32,000 nucleotides of DNA, from positions 270,001-302,000 of the forward strand of contig OY843585.1 in assembly GCA_963692945.1 (NCBI GenBank). Direction: 5' to 3'. Position numbers and translations under genes: made by a program. Below the pieces are notes generated by a model. That model was not told the origin of the DNA, did no database searches, and saw only the letters and a program-made list of their open reading frames with translations. Within the stretch, counting starts at the first letter, position 1, and each line of letters starts with the position of its first letter. This DNA is from Bdellovibrionales bacterium. GTDB lineage: Bacteria > Bdellovibrionota > Bdellovibrionia > Bdellovibrionales > UBA1609. Positions 13,899 through 23,600 of this stretch are shown here, in pieces.

Positions 13899-14050
13899 AA
13901 GGACTCTTCTTATAAGCAAACACTTTATTTTCATGAGTGGCTACTAAAATGAATCTAACTCGCAATGCATCTACTGTCACACTCTTTTTTCTAGCAAAAT
14001 TCATGCCAATCTTTTTTCAAAACACTCTTTTACATGTTGCGATAAAAAAA

Positions 14051-15430
14051 TCATTCAATGGGGATGTTTATAACAGAAGAAATCTCTTCTTTGAATTTTA
14101 AAAGATCCCTTTCATTAGAAGCTTCAAATCGCATGGTTAAAGATTCTTGAGTTTTAGAGGATCTAAAAAGAGCCCAACTGGTTTTTCTGGAAACTCTTAT
14201 TCCATCAAGGGTTAGAAAACTTTCCTTTCTTTTTGTAAAATATTTTTTTATTTCTTCTAAAGCCGTAGTGATTTTTTTATTTTTGAGAGGAATTCGTATT
14301 TCTCCTGTTCTAGCTGTTGTTCTTTTTGGTAAAAGAGCGGTTAAAGATTCTCCTTGATTGAGAATCTCTAAAATTCTAAGACAGGCATAAAGAGCATCAT
14401 CAAAGCCTCGGTTTTTCCGGTCATTAAAAAACACATGACCACTAAATTCAAAAGCGGCAATAGCTTTTCTTTTTTCCATCTCTTGCCGAATCAATCTATG
14501 GCCACTTTGACTCATAATAACTTTTCCTTTAGATTGTTTTATAGATTTAAAAAGCCAATCTGAACACTTCACATCGGCAATAATCGGGGAGTGTTTAGAG
14601 TCTCGGCTTTGTTTTTCTAAAAGAGAAGGAAGAAACAAAGAGGCAAGCTCGTCTCCTAAAACCGTGCGACCTTCTTTAGTAACAAGAACCAAACGATCTC
14701 CATCTCCATCAAAGCTTGCTCCAAAACAAAAAGAGTTTTCACGAACTCGTTTTTTTAAGACTTTTAAGTTTTTTTCTAGAGTTGGATCAGGATGATGATT
14801 AGGAAACCGTCCGTCAGGTTCAAGGAATAAAATTTCTGGGGAAAGACCTAAAGATTTAAAAACCTTTTGAGCTAGAGGGCCGAGAGCTCCATTTCCCATA
14901 TCCACTACAAAAGGGATCGGTTTTAGAGAAAACTCTTTTTTAAGAGATGAGATATAAGGAGTGGTAGAATCCATTTCAAAAGTAAGACCTTGAGTAACAG
15001 AGGGTTTTAAAGAAGAGCTGTGTTTATAAAAGTTTTTTAAAAGATTTATGGTTTCAGGAAGTTTGTATTTTTTATGAACGAGAATTTTAAAGCCATTATC
15101 TTTTGGTGGATTATGGCTTGCTGTAACAACGATGGTAGCACTCAACTGGTAGTGCTCAAGCAAAAAGTAACAAAGAGGAGAGGGGGCAACGCCTATAAGG
15201 CAAACAGAGACACCCTCTTTTAAGAGAGCTTTTTTCAAAGTGGTTGCTATTTCGGGGCTACTCAATCTTGCATCGTAGCCTATAAGAATTTTGGGTTTTG
15301 AAATAGAAAGATGTTCTTTTAATAAATAAGAGATGGATTTTGCAAGGTCTTTACAAAAATTCAAATCAAAATCTTTTTTATAAACCCCACGAATATCATT
15401 CGCTCTAAAAATGGATAAGGAGGCTGCCAT
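14051..15430 (-). CDS. phosphomannomutase/phosphoglucomutase (alpha-D-phosphohexomutase family)
   Basis: The 459-aa protein starts IFRANDIRGV. It has a phosphoserine loop (TASHNPPKDNGFK), a metal loop (FDGDGDRLVLV), a sugar loop (FEFSGHVFF) and a phosphate-binding loop (RSSKTQESL). Confidence 0.88.
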   Translation of the reverse strand: MAASLSIFRANDIRGVYKKDFDLNFCKDLAKSISYLLKEHLSISKPKILIGYDARLSSPEIATTLKKALLKEGVSVCLIGVAPSPLCYFLLEHYQLSATIVVTASHNPPKDNGFKILVHKKYKLPETINLLKNFYKHSSSLKPSVTQGLTFEMDSTTPYISSLKKEFSLKPIPFVVDMGNGALGPLAQKVFKSLGLSPEILFLEPDGRFPNHHPDPTLEKNLKVLKKRVRENSFCFGASFDGDGDRLVLVTKEGRTVLGDELASLFLPSLLEKQSRDSKHSPIIADVKCSDWLFKSIKQSKGKVIMSQSGHRLIRQEMEKRKAIAAFEFSGHVFFNDRKNRGFDDALYACLRILEILNQGESLTALLPKRTTARTGEIRIPLKNKKITTALEEIKKYFTKRKESFLTLDGIRVSRKTSWALFRSSKTQESLTMRFEASNERDLLKFKEEISSVINIPIE

Positions 15431-15431
15431 C

Positions 15432-16418
15432 TTAAGTTTTTCTTTTTTGTTTTATAAGTTTAAGACATTGTTTTGTTGCTGTTAAAAAAGATTCAAAAGA
15501 GATGTCTTTATCGGCTAAGCCAAGTCCTGTTCCGTGATCTACGCTGAATCTTAGAAAAGGCAAGCCTAAAGAAACACAAAAGCCACTTTGAGCATGAACT
15601 GTTTTAAAAGGTATAAGTCCTTGATCGTGGTAAAGAGCAATATAAAAACTATAGCGACTCCAATTTTTTTTCAAAAAAGCGGTGTCGGGAGGAAGAGGCC
15701 CTTCCACTTCTTTATTAGAAAAATATTTTTTCAAAAGGGGAGTTAAAACTTTTTGTTCCTCATCACCTATCAAACCCTTTTCCCCCGCGTGAGGATTTAG
15801 CCCTAATACGCCTAAGGGTTTCTTTTGATCTTTAGGGTTTAGAAAAGACCTAAAGTGAAGAGCTTCTTTTAATAAGGAGAGTAGTTTTTTTTCATCAACT
15901 GTTACTTTTTTTAAAGCACAGTGGTCCGTTAGTAAAATAACATTAAAAAAAGAACCTCTAAAAACCATAAAGACTTCTTTAGCTCCAGACAAATGTTTTA
16001 AAAGAGGAGTTTGGCTAAGAGCTTTGTATTTTGTTTTTTTAATAGTTGCTTTGCTAACAGGAGCTGTTATGAGGGCAGAAAGAGTTTTGTCTAAACACAG
16101 AGGGGCGGATTCTATCAACCAATCCCCAGCTTTCTTCTTGGATTTTATTTCTAAAAGAATTTTTTCATTAAAAGGAGTTTTAAGAGCCTCTTTAGCTGTT
16201 CTAAAAGTTTTAATTTGAAAGAAGGGAATTTTTAAGCTCGGTGAAGAGGTAGAAGTCCAAATAAGAAATTGAAAATTTTTTTGAGGCCTTAAAGCTTTAA
16301 GGCTTTTTTGAGCAATTTTTTGCCCAATGCCTTGAGGGTCTCCCGTTGTGATTCCTATACGATTTTTTAAGGGGAATAACTTTTTATGGGAAAAGAGGCT
16401 CTTTGTGTTTCTATCCAT
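15432..16418 (-). CDS. pdxA: 4-hydroxythreonine-4-phosphate dehydrogenase
   Basis: The 328-aa protein has IGITTGDPQGIG, LGLNPHAGEKGLIGDEE, YHDQGLIPFK and SVDHGTGLGLA, which are PdxA signatures. It shows surA-pdxA synteny as in enterobacteria. The ATG at 16418 overlaps the upstream gene by 52 nt, and no alternative in-frame start lies downstream. Confidence 0.9.
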   Translation of the reverse strand: MDRNTKSLFSHKKLFPLKNRIGITTGDPQGIGQKIAQKSLKALRPQKNFQFLIWTSTSSPSLKIPFFQIKTFRTAKEALKTPFNEKILLEIKSKKKAGDWLIESAPLCLDKTLSALITAPVSKATIKKTKYKALSQTPLLKHLSGAKEVFMVFRGSFFNVILLTDHCALKKVTVDEKKLLSLLKEALHFRSFLNPKDQKKPLGVLGLNPHAGEKGLIGDEEQKVLTPLLKKYFSNKEVEGPLPPDTAFLKKNWSRYSFYIALYHDQGLIPFKTVHAQSGFCVSLGLPFLRFSVDHGTGLGLADKDISFESFLTATKQCLKLIKQKRKT

Positions 16419-17305
16419 TTTTTTAACTCTTTTTTAAGTTCTGCTTCAAATAAATGCTTGTGTATTTTGGCCTGCCGTTTTTGTTTGGAAAGGCTTAGAA
16501 AAGGAGTTTTCCATTTTAACTTTAAAAGATAAAGATTGTTATGTATGCTTATAGGATTTGAAGTTTGAGAGACAGACAGAGTTTTTAAGGCTTTATACAT
16601 GAAAGGATTGATTTCAGAGTTTTTTAATCTTGAAGTTTTTATCTTAAGTCCTTTTTGTTGAGCGGCTTTAGAAAAAGAAACGGTTTCAAGGTCTTTTAAA
16701 AAAGATTCTATTTTACGCTTCCCCCTTTCATCATTTGCCACAGAGATGGAATCAAATTCATATTCAAAATCCTCAAAAAGATTTCGGCCATACTTATTAA
16801 AATGATAAGCATCTACTTCATTGTCAGAAACTCTTATTTTTGAAACGACTTCTTGAGATAACAAGAGATTATTTGTTGAATAAGAATCATTTTGTTTCCA
16901 AAAATCTTCTAAGGTTAAGCCTAAGGATTTTAGGGATTTTACAACAGCCCTTTCAGAAGAGCTTAAGCCTTTTGTTTTATTTCTAGGGAGTTTAATTTTG
17001 CCATTTGTTACAAAATTTGTAGATTGAATAGGAAGATTTTTTTCTTTAGCCATTTGAGCGAGCCTTTTTTGTAGTATGAGAAATTCCAACCTGCGAGACT
17101 TATTTGTAAGAAGAGTTTTTTTTGGAAAGATTTTAAACAAAATAGAGTCAGGAACAAGATGAGCGCGAAGTTGTTTCTTGAAAGAGTGAAGGTCTGTGAG
17201 AAAAAGAGCTTCTTCTCCTGTGACGGCAACAACTTTTTCTACAAGACGAGATTCACTTTGCAAAGGAGCAAAGAGAGACAAACAAAACAAAATAACCCAG
17301 TTCAC
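16367..17305 (-). CDS. SurA-like periplasmic chaperone (degenerate parvulin domain)
   Basis: It has a signal peptide (MNWVILFCLSLFAPLQS) and a SurA-N-like start (RLVEKVVAVTGEEALFLTDL). The C-terminal segment has a parvulin-like layout but lacks the conserved His residues (...NPISIHNNLYLLKL). It lies immediately upstream of pdxA. Confidence 0.6.
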   Translation of the reverse strand: MNWVILFCLSLFAPLQSESRLVEKVVAVTGEEALFLTDLHSFKKQLRAHLVPDSILFKIFPKKTLLTNKSRRLEFLILQKRLAQMAKEKNLPIQSTNFVTNGKIKLPRNKTKGLSSSERAVVKSLKSLGLTLEDFWKQNDSYSTNNLLLSQEVVSKIRVSDNEVDAYHFNKYGRNLFEDFEYEFDSISVANDERGKRKIESFLKDLETVSFSKAAQQKGLKIKTSRLKNSEINPFMYKALKTLSVSQTSNPISIHNNLYLLKLKWKTPFLSLSKQKRQAKIHKHLFEAELKKELKKWIETQRASFPIKSYSP

Positions 17306-18204
17306 AATTCATTCTTTTTATATTGAATATGAATTTTATCCAAGAGATTTTTATTAATAAAAACAGAGTTTTTTGAAATTTCTGTTTTAAGCCAAACTTT
17401 GAAAGCCTTTTGTTTAGGCTTTTTAAGGAGTGCTTGTAAAATTTCTTTTTGAGCTTGAGGAAAGGTCTTTTGCAAAACCTTCCTTTTTTTTAAGACCTTA
17501 AAAATATGGTACCCGTAGGGGCTTTTAAGAACCGGGCTTAAGCTGTCTATACGGAGTTGGCAAGCTTTATCAAAAGTGTCCAAAACCCCCCGTTCAATCC
17601 ACCCAATATCTGGTTTTAGGGAATGTAGAAATTTTAGACTCTTAAAAGAGTCTCCAGCCTTGATTTGCAAAAGCAATTTTTTAGCTAAACTTTCAGAGGC
17701 CACAAGAATGTGTTCCAAAAAACAAGAAGGAGCTTTACGAAAAGATTTTTTATTTTTTTGATAATAGGCTTTTTGTTTTGAAAGAGAGGGTTTTGGGATT
17801 TGTTTGGAAAGATGCTCTAAAAGAGATTCATGTAGAAATTTTTGTTTTTGTTGCTGTTGAAAATTTTTCAAAGGTATCTTTTTAGTTAAGGAGTCAAAGT
17901 CTTTTTTGGAGGTTTTTTCAAAGCGAGACCCAGCCACTTTATTTTTTTTAGCCCAATTTTCCAGAAGAGCTTTTAAAATTAAATTTTGAATCAATTCTTG
18001 TTTTATTTTTTGGAAATCCAAGGGGGATCTTTTTTCTATAGAACTCAAGGTCTGCAACTCAAGGTCTAAAGAATTTCTAAAAGATTTTAACTTCCATACT
18101 TTAGAGCCAACTTTCAATACAATAGGGTCTTTATTTTGCCGAGTACAAGAACCAATTAAAAAAAAGAAAACAGATAGAAGACAAAGCCTTCTAAGAGAAG
18201 CCAT
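17302..18204 (-). CDS. peptidylprolyl isomerase, parvulin (PpiC) type, lipoprotein-like
   Basis: It has a leader with Cys (FFFLIGSC) and an intact parvulin domain: FLEHILVASESLAKKLLLQIKAGDSF...DIGWIERGVLDTFDKA...SPVLKSPYGYHIFKV. Both conserved His residues are present. Confidence 0.8.
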   Translation of the reverse strand: MASLRRLCLLSVFFFLIGSCTRQNKDPIVLKVGSKVWKLKSFRNSLDLELQTLSSIEKRSPLDFQKIKQELIQNLILKALLENWAKKNKVAGSRFEKTSKKDFDSLTKKIPLKNFQQQQKQKFLHESLLEHLSKQIPKPSLSKQKAYYQKNKKSFRKAPSCFLEHILVASESLAKKLLLQIKAGDSFKSLKFLHSLKPDIGWIERGVLDTFDKACQLRIDSLSPVLKSPYGYHIFKVLKKRKVLQKTFPQAQKEILQALLKKPKQKAFKVWLKTEISKNSVFINKNLLDKIHIQYKKNEL

Positions 18205-19086
18205 CTACTTTAAAGACTGGATAAGACGTCTATTAACAATAGAGATTTTAAACTGTTTTTTTAGGTTGTTCATATAGTTATTAAGAGCTCTGGTTTTTCT
18301 TTCTGCAAAGAAATTTTCTTTTAATGGTTTTTCATGAATTTTTTTATCAAAAGGAACTTTTCGGTTGAGCTTAACGATAAGATACCCCGTTGGAACTTTT
18401 ATAGGTTTGCTAATAGATCCCGCTTTCATTTTTTGTATAACAGCATAAACTTGAGGAGCAATAGAGGCTCGGGTTCGGTTCCAATTGAGAAGCCCATTGT
18501 ATTTTTCATCAGAGGTTAAGGTCACTAAGTCTGTAAAAGATTTTTTTGAATTTTTAACTTGGGAATAGACTTTATTAGCCCTGACTTTTGCTTCTTTTTG
18601 TTGAGCGGGCGTTGGTTTTAAAGGATGAAAGATAGAAATATAAAAGAAATTGTATTGTGAGTCTTTTCTATAGAGACTTCGGAGCTGACTTTCGGATAGA
18701 TTTCTGGTTGTTTTCTCTAGTCTCTTAACTTGCTTTTTTAACTTTAATTCTGCAAAAGATTTGTAAAGCTCTTGATGGAAACTCGCTTTGAGAAAAGGAC
18801 TTACAATAGATTTTTCTATACTAGGGGTAGCAACTAAAGCTTTGTCATGAAGGGCGGCTTCAACACCGAGCTTAAATCGTAAATAGTCATTGAAAAACTG
18901 TTTTGGAGAGGGTGGGAAATAAGGCGTTTGTTGTTTTGTAAGAGTGTAGATCCATTTCAGCTCTTCAAAAGAGAGAGATTTTTCTGTCGCTTGAGAGCTT
19001 CTTTTGTATTTATAAGTTACAATAACAGACTTTTTTGCACCAAAAGATAAAAGAGGAAATAAAAAAAATAAAATTAAAAGTTTCAT
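18205..19086 (-). CDS. parvulin-like PPIase/chaperone paralog (secreted)
   Basis: It has a signal peptide (MKLLILFFLFPLLSFGA). It also has a parvulin-like domain (FYISIFHPL...SFTDLVTLTSDE...GLLNWNR...PQVYAVIQKMKAGSISKPIKVPTGYLIVKL) in which the second conserved His is replaced. A strong SD (AAGGGAG) lies 8 nt upstream. Confidence 0.7.
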   Translation of the reverse strand: MKLLILFFLFPLLSFGAKKSVIVTYKYKRSSQATEKSLSFEELKWIYTLTKQQTPYFPPSPKQFFNDYLRFKLGVEAALHDKALVATPSIEKSIVSPFLKASFHQELYKSFAELKLKKQVKRLEKTTRNLSESQLRSLYRKDSQYNFFYISIFHPLKPTPAQQKEAKVRANKVYSQVKNSKKSFTDLVTLTSDEKYNGLLNWNRTRASIAPQVYAVIQKMKAGSISKPIKVPTGYLIVKLNRKVPFDKKIHEKPLKENFFAERKTRALNNYMNNLKKQFKISIVNRRLIQSLK

Positions 19087-19175
19087 AACTAAACTCCCTT
19101 GTTTTTTTTACAATCTAACATATAAGAGAAAAAAGACGCAACTTTTGATTCTAAAATTAAAAGAAAAAAGAAGGA

Positions 19176-20111
19176 TTATTCAAGAGATTTTAAGATTTTT
19201 GGAAGAAGCACAAAAAGGTCTCCAACAAGTCCATAAGAGCATTTTTTAAAAAAAGGAGCCTCAGGGTCTTTGTTGATAACAACAACAACCTTACTTCCTT
19301 GCATTCCTGCAAGATGTTGAATAGCTCCTGAGATTCCACAAGCTATATAAAGAGTAGGAGAAACCGTTTTTCCTGTTTGCCCGACTTGGCGACTATAGGG
19401 TTGCCATCCAGCGTCAGTTACGGCCCTAGAGGCTCCAACTTCGCCTCCTAACTTTTTGGCGAGGTCCTCTAAAAGTTTAAAGTTTTCTGGTTTTTCTAAA
19501 CCACGTCCACCGGAAACAATAATATTCGCTTCACTTAAATCTTGAACCTGTTTTTCAGGTCTTTTGAATTTTAGATGTTGAATAGGGTTTTTTGGAAGAA
19601 CAAGATCTAAGGCTATGGGCTCTCCCCCCGTCTTCCAAGCTCCTCGTAATTGATTGTTTTGAACCAATAAAAAAGAAGGACTTTTTTTAATTTGGAAATG
19701 CCCTAGAAGTTTTCCAGAATAAAGAGATTTAATGATTTTTAGTGACCCGTCTTTTTCCACAGACAAATTTTTTATTTGATTGATGTAAGGTGCTTTTAAG
19801 GTGGCCGCAGCATAGGGGAAAAAATCTTGTGTTTTACAAGAGGCTGTTGAAAGGATGAGTGAATACTGGGTTTGTTGGAGTTGTTTTTTTAAAACTTCTA
19901 CATAAGCAAGAGGGTTGTAAAAAGAAAGATCTTCATGGAAAAAAAAGGACTTAAGATTTAAAGGAAGAGAGTCTTTTTTAAAATTTTCAGGTTCTTCACC
20001 AAGAGCGAGAGCAGAAACCTCAAAGCCTTTTTCTTCAAGATAGCCCAAAAGCTCTAAGTCAGAGGTTTTAAGTCCTCGTTTAGAGCTATCCATAACAACT
20101 AAAGTTTTCAT
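19176..20111 (-). CDS. etfA: electron transfer flavoprotein subunit alpha
   Basis: The 311-aa protein has the C-terminal FAD-binding signature IIVSGGRGL...LGGEVGASRAVTDAGW...QVGQTGKTVSPTLYIACGISGAIQHLAGM. It overlaps etfB by 4 nt. Confidence 0.93.
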   Translation of the reverse strand: MKTLVVMDSSKRGLKTSDLELLGYLEEKGFEVSALALGEEPENFKKDSLPLNLKSFFFHEDLSFYNPLAYVEVLKKQLQQTQYSLILSTASCKTQDFFPYAAATLKAPYINQIKNLSVEKDGSLKIIKSLYSGKLLGHFQIKKSPSFLLVQNNQLRGAWKTGGEPIALDLVLPKNPIQHLKFKRPEKQVQDLSEANIIVSGGRGLEKPENFKLLEDLAKKLGGEVGASRAVTDAGWQPYSRQVGQTGKTVSPTLYIACGISGAIQHLAGMQGSKVVVVINKDPEAPFFKKCSYGLVGDLFVLLPKILKSLE

Positions 20112-20860
20112 AGGATTTTTTCCTTTTCTTTGAGTAGGCAGAGGAGCTCTTTGACTTGTTCATCGGGGTCTCCAGAAAGAATTTTAGGTTCTTCTTTTTT
20201 AGGAAGGGGGGAAAGACTTAGAAGTTGAACTCTTTCTTCTGTCTCTTCTATATCAACAAGGTGAAAAGGTTTTTTCTTAGCTTTCATGATGCCGGGAAGA
20301 GAAGGGTAGCGAGGTTGGTTTAACCCTTTATCTGCTGAAAGAATCAAAGGGCTTTGAGCTTTTAAAACCTCTTCAACACCCCCATCGCATTCTCTTGTTA
20401 TTTCAAAACCTGAAGATTCATATTTTAAATGATTGATATTGGTAACAAAAGGCCATGCTAAAAGCTGGGCTAACATTTGAGGAACAGCAAAGTCATTTTG
20501 ATCTGCAGCCAATTTTCCACATAGAATCAAAGAGACCGAAGGAAGGTCTTGAATTTTATTTTTTAAAATAGAGGCTACGGTTAGAGGGTCTTGTAGAGGA
20601 GATGAAGCAAGGAGATGAAAAGCCTCATCCGCTCCAAGTGCCAAAGCACTTAAAAGAGATTCTTTAACACGATCAGGCCCCAGACTAATTGCAAAAACCT
20701 TACCATTGAGTAAGGGTTTGAGTTTTAAAGCCTCTTCCAGCGCAAATTCATCGTAAGGAGAAAGCACCCACTTTAAACTTGATTCTTCCAAGGTTTTTTC
20801 TGAAATTTTAAGGTTCATCCCTGTATCAGGGACTTGTTTTATGAGGACAACGATATTCAT
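20108..20860 (-). CDS. etfB: electron transfer flavoprotein subunit beta
   Basis: The 250-aa protein begins MNIVVLIKQVPDT and contains ...NPYDEFALEEALKLK-like (SPYDEFALEEALKLK) and ...LILCGKLAADQNDFAVPQMLA. These are typical EtfB motifs. Confidence 0.93.
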   Translation of the reverse strand: MNIVVLIKQVPDTGMNLKISEKTLEESSLKWVLSPYDEFALEEALKLKPLLNGKVFAISLGPDRVKESLLSALALGADEAFHLLASSPLQDPLTVASILKNKIQDLPSVSLILCGKLAADQNDFAVPQMLAQLLAWPFVTNINHLKYESSGFEITRECDGGVEEVLKAQSPLILSADKGLNQPRYPSLPGIMKAKKKPFHLVDIEETEERVQLLSLSPLPKKEEPKILSGDPDEQVKELLCLLKEKEKIL

Positions 20861-20956
20861 TTCTTATTTTTATAACCCAAGAAACAAGATAAAGGGTATA
20901 AATAATGCAGTAAGGATGAACTTTTTTTATTTTTTAGGTATAGTTTTTTAAGGGCT

Positions 20957-21622
20957 ATGAATAATTTGATTCTTTTTTTACAAAAAACCCTTGGTCAAAA
21001 AATAATTGTAGGCCTAACAGGCTTAGGGCTTTGTCTTTTTATTTTGATTCATATGTTGGGGAATCTTTTTATTCTTTCTGGGGCAAAGCAATACAATCTT
21101 TATGCTCATAGACTTCACGAAATTAAAATTTTTGAATTTTTAGAAATAGGACTCTTTGGTTTGTTCTTAGGGCATATCTTTACATCTCTTCTTGTGAATG
21201 TAAAAAATAAAATAGCTAAGGGCGAGTCTTATAAAGTAAAAGCATCTGGTCAAAAAAAGACTTCTCTTGCCAATCAGTTCTTGATTCTTCAAGGGGTTGT
21301 GATTTTGATCTTTCTTGCCCTTCACCTACTTACTTTTAAATATGGGACACACTATAAAACGACCATAGAGGGAGAATCAGTTAGAGATATTTATCGTTCG
21401 GTTCAAGAGTTTTTTCAAAATCCCTTTTTTGTGATAGGTTATGTTGTTTCACTCTTGATATTGACCGTTCATGTAATCCATGGCTTGCCAGCAAGTGTGA
21501 GGTCTTTAGGATTCTATCACCCCACTTACACGCCTTGGTTAGAGAAGTTTTCTTGGATTTTTGCTATAGGTATTACAATAGGATTTTTAGTGCCGATATT
21601 TTATATTCACTGGTTTTTATAA
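20957..21622 (+). CDS. sdhC: succinate dehydrogenase/fumarate reductase cytochrome b subunit (b558 family, 5-TM)
   Basis: This 221-aa hydrophobic protein has His residues placed in TM helices ([28 protein letters not shown]), as in di-haem type-B SQR/QFR anchors. It lies directly upstream of sdhA and sdhB. Confidence 0.85.
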   Translation: MNNLILFLQKTLGQKIIVGLTGLGLCLFILIHMLGNLFILSGAKQYNLYAHRLHEIKIFEFLEIGLFGLFLGHIFTSLLVNVKNKIAKGESYKVKASGQKKTSLANQFLILQGVVILIFLALHLLTFKYGTHYKTTIEGESVRDIYRSVQEFFQNPFFVIGYVVSLLILTVHVIHGLPASVRSLGFYHPTYTPWLEKFSWIFAIGITIGFLVPIFYIHWFL

Positions 21623-21635
21623 GAAGGATGTTGTT

Positions 21636-23588
21636 ATGAGCAGAGAAACCCCCTCCATTTTAAAAGACACTTTGACAAGTAAAATTCCTTTAGGGGATTT
21701 GAAAGACAAATGGGAAAATAGAAAATTTTCTTTCCAGCTGGTTAATCGTTCTAATAGAAAAAATTTTGATGTGATTGTTGTGGGGGCTGGTTTAGCTGGA
21801 GCTTCCGCTGCAGCGAGCTTAGGGGAACTGGGTTACAAAGTAAAAACATTTGTTATTCATGATAGTCCTAGAAGAGCTCACTCTATAGCAGCTCAAGGAG
21901 GAATCAATGCCTCTAAAAATTACACCAATGATGGAGACTCTGTTGAAAGATTATTTTACGATACCATAAAGGGTGGAGATTTTCGCTCTAGAGAGGCCAA
22001 CACTTATAGGTTGGCCCAAGTTTCAGGAAATATTATTGATCAATGTGTGGCTCAAGGAGTTCCTTTTTCTAGAGAGTACGGAGGGCTTTTGGCGAACCGT
22101 TCTTTTGGTGGGGCACAAGTTTCTAGAACTTTTTACACCAGAGGACAAACGGGGCAACAGCTTCTTTTAGGGGCTTACGGAGCTCTTATGAGGCAAGTGG
22201 AGCAGGGAACGGTAGAGCTGTTTACTTATCATGAGATGTTGGATTTGGTTGTGAGCGAAGGACGAGCTCAAGGTGTTGTTGTTAGAGATTTGCTTTCTGG
22301 AAAAATAAAAAGCTATAAGGCTCACGCTGTTATTTTAGCCACTGGAGGTTATGGGAATGTCTTTTATCTTTCAACAAATGCTATGAACTCTAATGTGACA
22401 GGCAGTTGGCGTTGTCACAAAAAAGGAGCTTTTTTTGCAAACCCTTGTTTTGTTCAAATTCATCCAACATGCATTCCGCAAAGTGGAGAGCATCAATCAA
22501 AATTGACTTTAATGTCGGAATCTTTAAGAAATGATGGGCGAGTTTGGACTTCTTCTAAAAAGCAAGACAACAGAAAAGCCAAGGATATTCCAGAAGAAGA
22601 AAGAGATTATTACTTAGAGAGAATTTACCCGAGCTTTGGAAATCTTGTTCCAAGAGATGTGGCCTCTCGTCAGGCTAAATTTCAAGTGGACAAAGGTTAT
22701 GGTGTCGGCCCAACAAATCGTGCCGTCTTTTTAGATTTTAAGGAAGCTATAAAGGAGCAAGGTGAAGAAAAGATTTCTGAAAAATATGGGAATCTTTTTA
22801 GTATGTACGAGCGAATCACAGGAGAAAACCCTTACAAAACTCCTATGAGAATTTATCCAGCGGTTCATTACACAATGGGAGGGCTTTGGGTGGACTATGA
22901 ACTTCAAAGTAACCTCAAGGGACTTTTTGTTTTGGGAGAAGCTAATTTTTCTGACCATGGAGCCAACCGACTAGGAGCTTCAGCTCTTATGCAAGGCTTG
23001 GCCGATGGGTATTTTATAATTCCTTACTCTATTGGAAATTATTTAGCACAATTAGGAAAAGAGGGATCTTTTAAGGAACAAGATTTTAAAGAAGCTGTTG
23101 AGCAACAAGAAGAATCTTTGCAAAGCCTTTTAAAATTAAAAGGGTCTCAAACGATAGATCAAATTCATAAACGACTTGGAAATCTTTTATGGGAGTCGGT
23201 GGGGATGATTCGCTCTGAGGAGTCTCTCTTGAAAGTGCAACAACAGATTGTCCAGCTGAGGGAAGAGTTTTGGAATGAAGCTCATATTCCTGGAAAATCA
23301 AATTATAAAAATCAAGAATTGGAAAAAGCAGGGCGAGTGGCAGACTTTTTAGAGCTAGCTGAGTTGATGGCAAAAGATGCCCTAGAAAGAAAAGAATCTT
23401 GTGGCTGTCATTTTCGGCAAGAGTTTCAAACAAAAGATCAAGAAGCTCAAAGAAATGATGAAGAGTTTTCCCATGTTTCCGCTTGGGAATGGGAATCTTC
23501 TTCTGGAACAAAAAACATCTCTTGGAAAGAGCACAAGGAAAAATTGAAATTTGAACATGTTAAACCCAGCCAGAGAAGCTACAAATAA
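21636..23588 (+). CDS. sdhA: succinate dehydrogenase/fumarate reductase flavoprotein subunit
   Basis: The 650-aa protein has an FAD dinucleotide fold ([15 protein letters not shown]), a covalent-FAD His region ([13 protein letters not shown]), HPT and RLGASAL motifs, and the long C-terminus typical of the Bacillus/type-B class. Confidence 0.95.
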   Translation: MSRETPSILKDTLTSKIPLGDLKDKWENRKFSFQLVNRSNRKNFDVIVVGAGLAGASAAASLGELGYKVKTFVIHDSPRRAHSIAAQGGINASKNYTNDGDSVERLFYDTIKGGDFRSREANTYRLAQVSGNIIDQCVAQGVPFSREYGGLLANRSFGGAQVSRTFYTRGQTGQQLLLGAYGALMRQVEQGTVELFTYHEMLDLVVSEGRAQGVVVRDLLSGKIKSYKAHAVILATGGYGNVFYLSTNAMNSNVTGSWRCHKKGAFFANPCFVQIHPTCIPQSGEHQSKLTLMSESLRNDGRVWTSSKKQDNRKAKDIPEEERDYYLERIYPSFGNLVPRDVASRQAKFQVDKGYGVGPTNRAVFLDFKEAIKEQGEEKISEKYGNLFSMYERITGENPYKTPMRIYPAVHYTMGGLWVDYELQSNLKGLFVLGEANFSDHGANRLGASALMQGLADGYFIIPYSIGNYLAQLGKEGSFKEQDFKEAVEQQEESLQSLLKLKGSQTIDQIHKRLGNLLWESVGMIRSEESLLKVQQQIVQLREEFWNEAHIPGKSNYKNQELEKAGRVADFLELAELMAKDALERKESCGCHFRQEFQTKDQEAQRNDEEFSHVSAWEWESSSGTKNISWKEHKEKLKFEHVKPSQRSYK

Positions 23589-23600
23589 AGAGGTGATGTT

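Noticed and set aside
12541-14050. R-M module as a bounded mobile island
   Set aside because: I found no direct or inverted terminal repeats between the 12541-12604 and 13935-14050 flanks. There is no integrase, transposase or tRNA target, and no obvious composition shift. Horizontal origin is plausible but cannot be shown from this window.
23086-23511. 141-aa minus-strand ORF inside sdhA, and similar antisense ORFs (e.g. 2456-2668, 3292-3558, 5531-5842, 8422-8742, 22731-22958, 28862-29116)
   Set aside because: All are embedded antisense in genes with strong, motif-supported reading frames. They have no RBS or partner genes and show skewed composition. They are treated as shadow ORFs.
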